From contig MU054220.1 of the NCBI GenBank assembly GCA_013239625.1, positions 2,727,374-2,791,373 on the forward strand: a stretch of 64,000 nt of DNA, read 5' to 3'. A model generated the notes under the pieces. That model saw nothing but the letters and a program-made list of their open reading frames with translations, ran no database searches and was not told the origin of the DNA. The translations under genes were made by a program, and so were the position numbers. This document shows, piece by piece, positions 1-10,458 of the stretch (positions are counted from its first letter, which is position 1; every line of letters begins with the position of its first letter). This stretch comes from Lama guanicoe (Eukaryota).

Positions 1-269
1 CTTTGAACATGAAAGGGAGGCATTTGAATTAGTTAACCTTGCATTTTACTACCTTTTAATTCTACTTGCCTTTCTCTCACGTTTTAAATAATCAAGACCC
101 TATAGCCCTTTACTTCGAGATGTGATGGAATCAGACGCTTAGAGAAGCAGGGATCTGAAGGGCTTTCTCTTTCAGCCTTTTACTGGATGTGGCAATTTCT
201 TCTCCTATATCCCTGACAGATTGTTATTCGGGTACATACTGAATACTACATTTTTAAAAAAATGTAGCT

Positions 270-487
270 CGTATTTTCTATAATGTATTCGGAGGAACAG
301 TAGTTCCACAGAAGTTAATATTTTTGAGGTGGGGTGAGGGTGGGGAAAATGTTCTGTGGTCAAATAATTTGGAAAATGCTGCGTTAAACAAAGTTAAACA
401 GGTTTCTTTACTGCAGGACTTCTCAGAACCTTTAATATGCTAATGTGCATTGTGAATCTCCAAGAGGGGGATATGATATGCAGCATT
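270..487. mobile_element. hAT-Charlie MITE, MER112-like, partial
   Basis: 'gttctgtggtcaaataatttggaaaatgctgcgttaaacaaagttaaacaggtttctttactgcaggacttctcagaacctttaatatgctaatgtgcattgtgaatctccaagaggggg' matches a recalled Charlie-family MITE; a related inverted copy lies at 61458-61742. Confidence 0.65.
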
Positions 488-528
488 CTTGAATACTTCT
501 AATGACAGGGAGCCCACTACCTCATAAG
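417..528 (+). other. PHF21A: Probable 5'UTR non-coding exon of PHF21A (112 nt)
   Basis: Acceptor tttctttactgcag| ending 416; donor AAG|gtaacc at 529; resembles my recollection of the mammalian PHF21A 5'UTR joining to ctgcagtgagaagagg. Confidence 0.65.
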
Positions 529-2149
529 GTAACCCATTCCTTTTTTGTACAGCTCTAATCCTTAGCGCTTCCTTAAATTGATCTGAAATCTCTCTCCCAT
601 AACTTCCACTTCTATTAAGTACTTATTGGTTATGCCAAGACCACCACACCCTCTTATGTAATCCTTTGTGTAGTAACTATTTATATGATTCTGGCCAGGT
701 TTGTCTGGACTTTTTTTTGACATTAGGTAGCATTCTGGTAAATGTAGCAACCATTTCTAAAATCTCGACCTCATTGTCACAATGCTCTTACATGCTATTT
801 AGCCTTCTTCATTTTGAGTTGCTGTGAGTTTTAAAATTTACTTCAACATTCTTGCTGTTGGGTATAGTTGGGATGATTTTGGTAGACATACTTGATTTCT
901 GTAAGGAAAGGTGGGAAATAGAAGAATGCATGTGTTCCTGCTAGGCTTGGGCCCAGGAAGCTGTGGTAGGAACTGTATGTTACAGCGCACACTGGTGGTC
1001 GGGAGAGGTGCAGGACACTGCAGCAGACCTGTGGAAACCCCTACTCGACCCAAAATACCACACCCTCCTGTTGGAATGGTGTGACCTGTGTAGGTATTAC
1101 TTTCAATGAAGATGTGGCCCTCTTTCCCCTCAAAAAAACAGAGAAAAGAAAGATACATATTTTATACTCAAAGACATTCAGACATTCAGATATCATAAAT
1201 CCATTTTTTTGTGTGTGTATAGAAATTTAATTTAATGGTTAAGAAACGTCAGTCTCACTAGCTGAGGTGAGTTTTATAAACACTTGTAATACCAGGATTT
1301 GAGCATATTAACTTTGCCAGATTCAGAGGGTAGCTTCTAAAATCAGGATTGCCAGGCTCTTTGTGCTGTAGCATTTTCTGTTGACCTGTGGTATATCACC
1401 AAAGAACACCACTAGGAAAATAAGAAAACAAATGTACATTGTTTTCTAATACCATTTTTATTGATTCATGTTAGTAAATGTTAGTTTTCAACAAGTGCTA
1501 TTAAAATAATTTTTTATTTTTATCAATAGTTACAATTTTTAGAACTATTAGTTAAAAGTTAAAGATACTGTTTTATCCCCTAGCATGATAGATACATAGT
1601 AAGCAGTAAGTATTTTACTGAAATTGAAACCTGTTATTTTAGTATTAGGCATGTGACAAATAAGAATACATAGATCTGTCAATACTTTCTGCTTTTTCAT
1701 ATCTAAATAATTAAACCCACTCTAGACACTGTTCTAAGACTATAGATCAAAAGTGGAGTCTTATACCAAGTAAACATATGATATAAAGAACACTGAGCTG
1801 ACCATTTTTAGGGAATTCAGTCTGGAGGCACAATATTATGGAGTTATTGTTAGTTAAAGAAACTTGATTGATGAGTTGAGTTTTGATTGGAAAAAGTTCA
1901 TATCAGTTCAGAAACACAGCAGTGTTTCTTAGTAAGTTCAGAGTTAAAGCATTGCTGCATTATTAGAATCATAATGAAAGACCTAGAAGTCACCTATTCT
2001 CAGGCAAAACTATAACCAGAAAAATAGTTAGAAAGCCCTTTCTTAGAGAATTTGAAAATAAGAAAGCCTACAGTCCTTTCAGCAGTATACCGTGTTGAGA
2101 AGTTTATACAAAGTTTGTGTATATGAATGAGTTAAGTATATTAAGAATA

Positions 2150-2320
2150 ATGTAGAACTTTATAGTTTACAAAAGGCTTTTCATACGCTTTCACCTAATT
2201 TAAACCTCATAATAATTTAGTGAAGTAGGTGATACTGTTCCCATTTTCCTGATTTGTAAACAAACAAACAAACCTGAAACTGAGAGTGGCTACACAGTGA
2301 GTAAGTGGAATCAGGTTTTT
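2150..2320 (-). mobile_element. MIR fragment
   Basis: 'tttatagtttacaaaagg...aaacctcataataat...gaagtaggt...cccatttt' antisense MIR core. Confidence 0.6.
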
Positions 2321-2391
2321 TTGGGGGGGGGGATGTGGAGAATAGCGAATGCTCTTTCCAGATATTACAGCTGCCTCTTTTAGTGGGATTT

Positions 2392-2433
2392 ATTTGATTG
2401 ATTGATTGATTGATTGATTTGGTTTGGTTGGTT
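2392..2433. repeat. (GATT)n/(TTGG)n microsatellite
   Basis: Tetranucleotide repeats seen directly. Confidence 0.9.
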
Positions 2434-5039
2434 TGCAGAGGTTTTTTGTTTCTGTTTTTGGTTTTTTGTTATTTGAAGGTGAGAGACCATTAGGTGTCTT
2501 AGTGATTTGACATGTACAATTTTGAAGATACTGAATGTTGGTATTTTGTTCTAGGCACTTGCCTTCTCTGATGGTAGTATTTAGAGCTGTTGGGTGGTGA
2601 AAGGCATTGTACCTCAATAAACTGTTTTTGTAAGTCTGTTCATATTTACCTTTCAGCAGTTGATTTGTTATTTTTAACTTATTAGAATTGGTCAGTTTAT
2701 GATAAATCATCTTTTTACAAATTTAGCAAATAATGCCTTCTTTATAATGCTATAAACTGCCCCCGAATGGTCATAACATGATGGCTGCATGTGTTGTCTA
2801 AACACCCAAAATATTTTTTTTAAAGGATTCAGTATGTGCTTGCCTTGTTTTTGTAAGCTATGAATGTATGTATATAACTTGTTCTTTAGGCAGAAGCCAA
2901 TCTCTTAAAATTGCTATTTAGAAAAAGACTTTTGTGAAGGATGTCAAATCAATCTACTAATCCTTCATAAGTTTTTCAGTAACTAGTCACCTTTTTTTAA
3001 CCCTTCAGTTTTATTTTGAAATAAAATGAGTAATTGGCATTTAGAATCCATGCCAAATAAAATTTTGTGCCTTTGTGTGTCTCTAATAAGCAGACAACAA
3101 TCTGATGAAGGAAGTAAAAGCTGTCAGCTCCTCATTCTCTTGAGTTGCAGGCTTCTTATCCTGTGAGGCCCTCTGACGTTTAGAGCCTCCAGGTTAAACC
3201 TTGATTTTATTTATTCTCTTCCTGAACATTTTGTTTCATCAGTATAAAATTTTCTGATGTTTTATCTAGCAATCCTAAGTTAATTTTTGTTACTTAAAAA
3301 TAAGTACATATTTTCTATGGAAAATTTCAAAAATATTGATACTTTGAAAAGAAGAAAGTAAGTATCCCTTAGTGTTACCCTAAGAGATAACTAATAGCAA
3401 ATTAAAAAGTGCCACCTGACCCAAACTCTAGACAGTTCAGAGTATTATTATTTTTACAAATATTTGTCAGTTTGATAGATAAAACATGTCTTCTTAAAAT
3501 ATACAAAATGTACATTTCTATGACTCTTGAAGATAGATATTTTTCATGTTGGTCGTTCTTGTTTCTTCTGTTAGTTGCTTTTTCATAGTTTAAAAAAATT
3601 AATTTGTGAGCACTCTAACTGTACAAATTATGTTAACTCTTTGTTGTGTATAAATACAAGTTCTTCATGTTTTTAACATCCTGTTTGTTTCTAGAGTTAA
3701 TTAGTTGAGTTGAGCTATGATGTTGTATGTTACTACCAGTAAAATAAAATGTGGCTTTTCAGTTGTTGAAAATAATCCTTCAAGATGATTCTTAATTTGA
3801 CAACAATTACAAAGAATCACTTTTGGACACATTTTCTGATAGCATCTTAAAACTAACTTAAGTAGTGTCCAGGAAGAACTATTTGCTTTTTTATGTAGAG
3901 TAAACTTACATGACAACAAAAATCTTGGTCTAAGTTAGTAACTTAATGATTCTGATATTTATTCATTGTAGTTCCAAGGATTTTTTTTTAGATAATAATA
4001 GTTGAAAAACCTAGGCATGTTCTTCAAAATATCTTCCCTTTTCCAAATTATCTCCCCTGAGCATACTACTTTCATGAAAATTTTTGGTTCACAGTGTCAT
4101 TGTATAATAATCCTTTCTTGGCCTTCACAAATGTAAGTTTGAAGGAATTTTATACTTGTGAAGTTTGTTGTTTTTTAGATTAGAGTGTTTTGATATTACA
4201 TAATATAGTATGTAAGCCTTAGGGGGCAGATTGTCAGTGATATGTTAAGCCTAGTGAGATTAAACAAGTATAAAGGAAACTAATATTCACAAATATACAG
4301 CCTGTAGTCAATGATTGCTTTATAGCTGTTAAGTCAGGTTTTAAAGAAGTTTTAAGAAAACTTAGGTTGACTACAGACTTTATCCATAGATAAATAATTG
4401 TTAGAAAGTATAAAGATGCCTCCTGATTGTTCCCTTCCTTAGTTCCTTAGTTCTCTTTTCCTTAGTAAGAATGCTGAAAAGCTGTGCTAACTACAAATTT
4501 TATAGGTACGAAGAAGAAAGGAGAAAGAAGTAAAGTTTAAATTTATCCCAGTAAAGTTTTGCTTTGGGAGAGTACCTAAAATCATGTCTAAGGCCATGTT
4601 CAAGGAAAAAGAAAAAAAAAATTGAGAATTAGCCATTGAGTTAATTTAAATTGCAATGCAGAGTAGGAAGGTTCACATTCACAAATCTACACTTTTGACA
4701 TCATCTCTGCACACAGTTATATACACAGCCAAAGAGATGCACCTGCAGGCTTGAAAAGATGGTGTTTATTGTAAAGGTGGAAGTGTCTGTTCTGTTGCTA
4801 GACCACCTCATCCATTGTGCATGATAGATTTATTTTTTAATGTCCCTGTCATAACTTTGTGGAAAGCAGAGTTACATTGCAGTGTATTTGTGTTACATAC
4901 TAACTTGTAAAGTGTAAACCTTTCAATTATACCAGAATTTCCCCCATTTTGAGTTTCTTTATTAATAGAGTAAGAGTCATCCAAATGAAAGTATTCCGGC
5001 CTTCTTTAACCTCTGAGAGACCCTGCAATATCCTGTTCA

Positions 5040-5230
5040 CTCTGTGTGATGTTTAAAAATGTATGACCATGTTGTTATGTGTCTCTTTCTAAGAACAGTG
5101 TGTCCTGGATGGTTGTCCTCTCCCCCTCTAGACTTCCAGCTCACCCAGGACAGAAGTGGTCTTGTTCAGCACCGTGTCCTCAGAAAGGAGTATGTAATAC
5201 GGTGCTGAGCATGTAGTAAGTGCTTAGATG
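5040..5230 (+). mobile_element. L2 3' end fragment
   Basis: 'ctagacttccagctcacccaggacagaag...tcttgttcagc...catgtagtaagtgcttag' L2 tail pattern. Confidence 0.55.
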
Positions 5231-5494
5231 TTTTCATGGCCAGATTAAACACACTTTCTTCATTTCCTAATTATTTTAAGTATCTTGTAGAGGAATACTC
5301 AAAGCATAAACCCAGAAAGTTTTGGTACCAATTCAGTGCAAAACTACTCATTTTTGAAAGAAATATATTTGGGGAAATTTCTTGCCCTTGTTAGACAATC
5401 AAATATTTTAGACTAATAGAATTTATTTTATTTAATATAAGTATTTCCTTTATGCCCAACATAATGATCCAAAATATTTTATTGATCTCTACAG

Positions 5495-5584
5495 CTGCAG
5501 TGAGAAGAGGAGTTTGTTATTTTAAACAGAGGCTGAAGAAACTATAGAATTAACAGACATAAGAAAAAGTGGAGAAGGTAGAGG
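5495..5584 (+). other. PHF21A: 5'UTR portion of the first coding exon of PHF21A
   Basis: Acceptor tctctacag| ending 5494; in-frame TAG at 5579-5581 just before an ATG in strong Kozak context (A at -3, G at +4). Confidence 0.75.
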
Positions 5585-5638
5585 ATGGAGTTGCAGACTC
5601 TACAGGAGGCTCTTAAAGTGGAAATTCAGGTTCACCAG
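5585..5638 (+). CDS. PHF21A: PHF21A (BHC80) coding exon 1: MELQTLQEALKVEIQVHQ
   Basis: Translation matches the recognised PHF21A N-terminus; 54 nt; donor CAG|gtacgc; phase 0. Confidence 0.97.
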
Positions 5639-8164
5639 GTACGCTGCATTCATGGCTTCTCCCACATCATGTTAGTAAGTAATGGCTAAAATTAGTAAGC
5701 AGGACATCTCTGATTTTTAGTACAGTTTTTAATCATCTTGCAGTCATTTGTCCAAGAGTTATGTTATTCGCCTTTTATCACTACTCAACAAACTCATTGA
5801 TAATATTTTTAAGAACTTTACTAAAACGTTCCTGACTTCTCTTCCAGAGAAAAGAACTGAAAATATTTTTTTTCGAATGTTAAAGGTGTTTAAAAAAACC
5901 CAACTCTCTATTTTTCTGTTTTTTTGTTCATCTGAGGGACTTTGTTCATGTGACTTGCGTATTTTAAATAACAAGATGTATTTAACTTGACTTCCATATG
6001 TCCTGAAGGTTTTACTCATAATTCAGCTATATGACTTGACTCTAATCTTTAACAAAGAAAATGTGTTCACAAATGTTTAAATTTCGAATTTCACTATTCT
6101 TACATTTTACCCTAGGGACCTAGGCTAAACAAATCTTTAAAATATATAAATAAAAAACATTGATAATTACTATATTTATATAATATAATTATATTAATAA
6201 AATATGTGATATTAAATACATACATTTTATTTAGTGTAAATGTAACCAAGACAAAAAACTATCCTTAAATAACTAAATCATTTATCATGTAAACAGAAAT
6301 AACACTGTTTACAGTCTCTTTTCTAGACATTAGCTGGATATGGTCCTAGGTTCAAGACAAAGGTACACACACATACACATATATAATTCTTGGTAATCAA
6401 AAGTGATAAATGATGCTCAGTTGACTACTTTTGAATGTTCAGAGTGTGAGCAGAGAGAAGGGAACTATTTTTTAAAGATGTTTGTTCTTAGATATGGTGT
6501 TCCTTGTTTTATCTGAATAGTCTAATGTAAGGTTAATTTCTGAAGTTGTTGGAAGAACACCTTGGGCTTTCGATAACTACTAAATTTGCAGGTTGCTTAG
6601 AATTAGGATGGATAAGAACTTTTAAAAAAAGCTTCAAAAGTACATATATACACACACATATATCTATAGATAGACAGATAGCTGTACTTTTTACATTGTC
6701 TCTTGATGTTCAAAAATCCCTGCTGCTGCTTTGGATCCTATTAAACTCTTGCTCAGCAGTAGTCTCAGCATTTGCTGTGTATAGGCAGGCTTCTCTATGT
6801 GAAGTGTGTTTTGTTTTTATGGTAACTTTAAGAAATTTAGTATATAAAAAGTTATGCACATTTTATTTCATTTGGCCTTGCTTCTGGTACTTATTGAGGA
6901 GAACAAAAACCCCTTTACAAAAACAAACTTGTCTTTTTCTCCTGTTGAAAGTATTTTAACATATTGGTGTGTTGAGTATCCAATTTGGCTGAAGGGCGAA
7001 TGATGACAGTTAAATTCAAGATTTGTTCAAAGCTGACATCATCATAGGATGAATTTCTGGAGAAAAATTATGAATCTGAAGTTTGCATGGATCAAAGATA
7101 GTTTAATGAAGTTATATGTGATTTTTGGAGATATTCTGCCTCTCAAGAAATTTTGAGATGATGAAATTAATGTTATACTTTTAGTTCATCCTCAGAAGGT
7201 ATGAACAAGTCCAAATGAGACTTTTTTTTAATTGAAAGACTTTTGACCCAAATTGAACTAAATTACTAAAAATTAAAGAGTTCTTAAGTATTATTTTGGT
7301 TCGTATTTTTAATTCAAGCATACAAATTTTATGAAGATTATAGCTATGAAAAATGTTTATTGTTTTAAAATCTAATTTAAAGTTTAAAATTAACATTTGT
7401 TTGCTCAAAAGGAATATAATATTCTTCCTAAAGTTATCACTCTCTTAATATTCACATTATTTCCCTGTATATTTATTTTTTAGCATAAAATTAATAGCTT
7501 TTATAGTCACCCTTAATTATTATAGAGCATTTTGTTTGTGCAGTAATAAACATTTACTTATGTTTATCAATGTTGGTTGATAGTATTTTAAGATAGAAAG
7601 TATATAAGATATTTCACTCCAGTTACATTTAGAATACTTTTTTATTTAAAAAAATTTAAGTATTAACAGTAAATCCAAGTGACATGCCTTTCTTGTAAAT
7701 TTTATGTTGTTATTATGATTGGATATGTGGTAGCTTACATGATCATGGGTCATGACAAATTCAGGGATGCCAGAAATGACATCAAAGTAGGCACTGGCTA
7801 TTAGGCTGAGGCCAAAGCCAGATCATACATTTGACTAAATATTGGGGCCACCCCTTCCTCATTTCCACTTAGGGAATGAAATTAGGGCTGAAAATGAGCT
7901 TACTAGATAGAAAGTGTGTTACAGAACTACCTGGTCTTGCTTTGGTGGAAGTACTTTTGTTCTCTATGGACAGGGAGATGATTTAAAAAGTAGCAACATA
8001 CACGTGGTTGATGTTGACTGGATGTTTAAATAATAGTGGCCTGTGATGGGTATCTCATCTTTTTTGAGAAATTGCCTTTTTGATTTTTCTTATGTGGATT
8101 TAATGAAAGTCCTATTTAAACTTTTGGAGTATTTACTCTACCTGGAATGGAGAATAGTATAAAG

Positions 8165-8389
8165 CAGAGATTAGCAAACATTTTCTGTATACAGCCAGGC
8201 AGTAAAGTATTCTATATTTGCAAGTCATCTGTGGTCTCTGTCATAACTACTCTGCTCTGCTGCTGTACAGACAAAGCAGCCATAGACAATATATAAATGA
8301 ATGGGTGTGGCTGCCCCCCAATAAAACTTTATTTACAAAAATGGGTGGTAGGCTGGATTTGCCTGTGGGCTGTAGTTTGCCAACCCTTG
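8165..8389 (-). mobile_element. MER58A-like hAT-Charlie DNA transposon
   Basis: TIRs cagagattagcaaac / gtttgccaacccttg; degenerate 8-bp TSD gtataaag/acataaag; internal 'aataaaactttatttacaaaa'. Confidence 0.85.
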
Positions 8390-8786
8390 ACATAAAGTAT
8401 ATCCTCAAAAATTGCTGCATCTTGCAGTGGAAAGTAAGTTAACTTTGATAACACACAATGGCAGCTTGAACTCTCTAGGGATTTGGTTGGTCTAATTAAC
8501 CCACCCAGCTTGTTCTGTCCTGCCTCTAATGGTCTAAAATGCAGCTTGGTTAAGTATAGGTAGAAAAGTTGGCTTATTTATTTCCTCCAGAGAAAGGACT
8601 GAGTTTGGTTATCAGTCATTTTTTAATTTCCAGTGTCATTGAGGAAAACCATTTTGAGCTTTAAAAAGGAAACTTTAGTATAGAAGTCCACTCTCTGATA
8701 ACCAAATCAGAAAGGACAGCCAAGGACTTTTTTCATTGAAGAATATGACTGGCCTTTAGACTACGTTAGTAAAAATGTATATGTAT

Positions 8787-8925
8787 GGGAGGGAGGGTAT
8801 ATATAGCTCAGTGGTAGAGTGCATGCTTAGCATGCAGGAGGTCCTGGGTTCAATCCCCAATATCTCCATTAAAAAATTAAACAAACAAACAAAATTACCT
8901 CCTCCTCCCCCCAAATTTTAAAAAT
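8787..8925 (+). mobile_element. tRNA-derived camelid SINE (vic-1 type)
   Basis: Pol III A box TAGCTCAGTGG, B box GGTTCAATCCC, A-rich tail, perfect 12-bp TSD atgtatatgtat (8775-8786 / 8926-8937). Confidence 0.9.
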
Positions 8926-10425
8926 ATGTATATGTATAAAACCTTGTGTTTCTATCTCATTGAGCTCTTGGAATGCTTGTTATTACTATTTTGTAGATTA
9001 AGACCAAGATACAGAAGAGTTAACCACTGTCACATATGAAATAGAGTATAGTAACATATGTCTTCTGTATTTGGAGATCATGGTTGGCAATCTCAGCTAT
9101 CCAAAATGTATCCTAGCACCTGAAGTAAGGCTTTTGACAAGCTAGAATAAATGTCAGAAGTCATTCACCAAAGATTATACATTTTATTCAAGGGGGATTT
9201 CTTAGGTTATTACACCCTATTTGCTCATCTTAGAATTAGTTCACTAAGTGTATTACACAGCAAATCAGAAGCAGCAAATTTGAGTTGGGGTTCTGGGGCT
9301 GTTAGACGGGGGCATAATAATAGTAGCAAGATTTGCTAACTGACTGCTTGACATTAAGGAGTAGACTAAAAAACTAAAATTCAGTCACAAGAACTCTAAA
9401 AAACATAGTAGTTTGGGGCCTTTATTGTAAGGTCCTTAGTTGTAATATTTGGAGAATAGTATATTGATGTAGTCATGCCTGTAAGTATTAATAAACCTGC
9501 CTTTTTTCTATTTAATAAGGCAGATAAGTATATATTTTAGAAAGGTTTTATTTTTTGGCTAAAAACTTTAAAAGTGTCTTTTCACCCAAAGAGAGGGACA
9601 GATTTTTCAGTTATATGAAAAAGTCACTTGGAGAACAGCTTATTCCCATGTACCTTTAGCAATCAGCCTTCTGATGTTCCTTTATGCCTCAGATTCTTGT
9701 GTCTCTGGTTATCGTTACCTCTGGGCAGTCATACTTTCAGAAGTTAGGTTGGATCAATCAACATCCATTTTCCTTGTTTTTCTTTTCTTGGACTTATATT
9801 TTCCCTAGTAAAGGTCTTTCTCATTCAATATTCCGGTAACATTCTCCTTCCCAGAGGAACCCAGGTAGGTAGAATTTTGCATTACTGCTTCCTTCACTTC
9901 CTTACTCTCAAATACTGAGCATCACTGCTTCACTGAGTACTCCCCACTACCCCACAGAGAAGTCAGTGGCAAAGTCACATCTAACACTAGGCTCCTTCTG
10001 TGGTAAGAACCAAACCAACAGACTTGCCAAATCTGTTTGCTGTGTACAGAGCAGCTTCTTTCCAGGCCTTGTTTGAGACTCTAGACAATGACAACATTTT
10101 AAAGGGATGTTTCGCTTTTGGAGCATCCAGCTTGTTTAAATTGCCTTTTAAAAGCCCCCCTCCCCCATTCCATCTCCAGATTTGTTTAAAAGCAGGAAGC
10201 TCTTCATTTCAAATATAAAGTGGTAATTTGATTTTTTTTTTAATATTAAGAAGAGTGTTTCATTAACCTTTTGTATGGACCACAGAAGCTCATGGTCTAT
10301 CCTGATTGTGGTATTACTCATCTTTTTGTGTGGGCCTAAAACTCTAGATTTGGGGGGCTAAACCTGATTAGCCATAGTGAGTTACTGTGTGAGACTGATG
10401 CCTCTTTTTCTCTCTTTATTATCAG

Positions 10426-10458
10426 AAACTGGTTGCTCAGATGAAGCAGGATCCACAG
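10426..10458 (+). CDS. PHF21A: PHF21A coding exon 2 (33 nt): KLVAQMKQDPQ
   Basis: Branch-like ctgat plus pyrimidine tract ending atcag|; donor CAG|gtaaaa; continues the PHF21A peptide in frame. Confidence 0.97.

Larger units (their letters stand above)
120..640 (-). mobile_element. Ancient CR1/L3-type LINE fragment, interrupted by a hAT-Charlie element
   Basis: Segments 'atccctgacagattg...tgaatact' and 'gaatacttctaatgacagggagcccactacctc...acagctctaat...tgaaatctctctcccataacttccac' resemble the recalled L3/CR1 3' region; boundaries approximate. Confidence 0.55.

Noticed and set aside
5164..5178. REST/RE1 half-site ttcagcacc near the first coding exon (tempting because PHF21A is in the CoREST/BHC complex)
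   Set aside because: The right half GGACAG is absent at canonical spacing and the text lies in an L2 tail
6546..6959. 137-aa intronic ORF (and the other short ORFs in the track)
   Set aside because: No recognisable similarity, AT-biased composition, many with TTG/GTG starts; the real PHF21A exons are too short to appear in the track
8795..8870. Possible tRNA-Ala gene
   Set aside because: The acceptor stem is not intact and it has an A-rich tail and TSD, so it is a SINE
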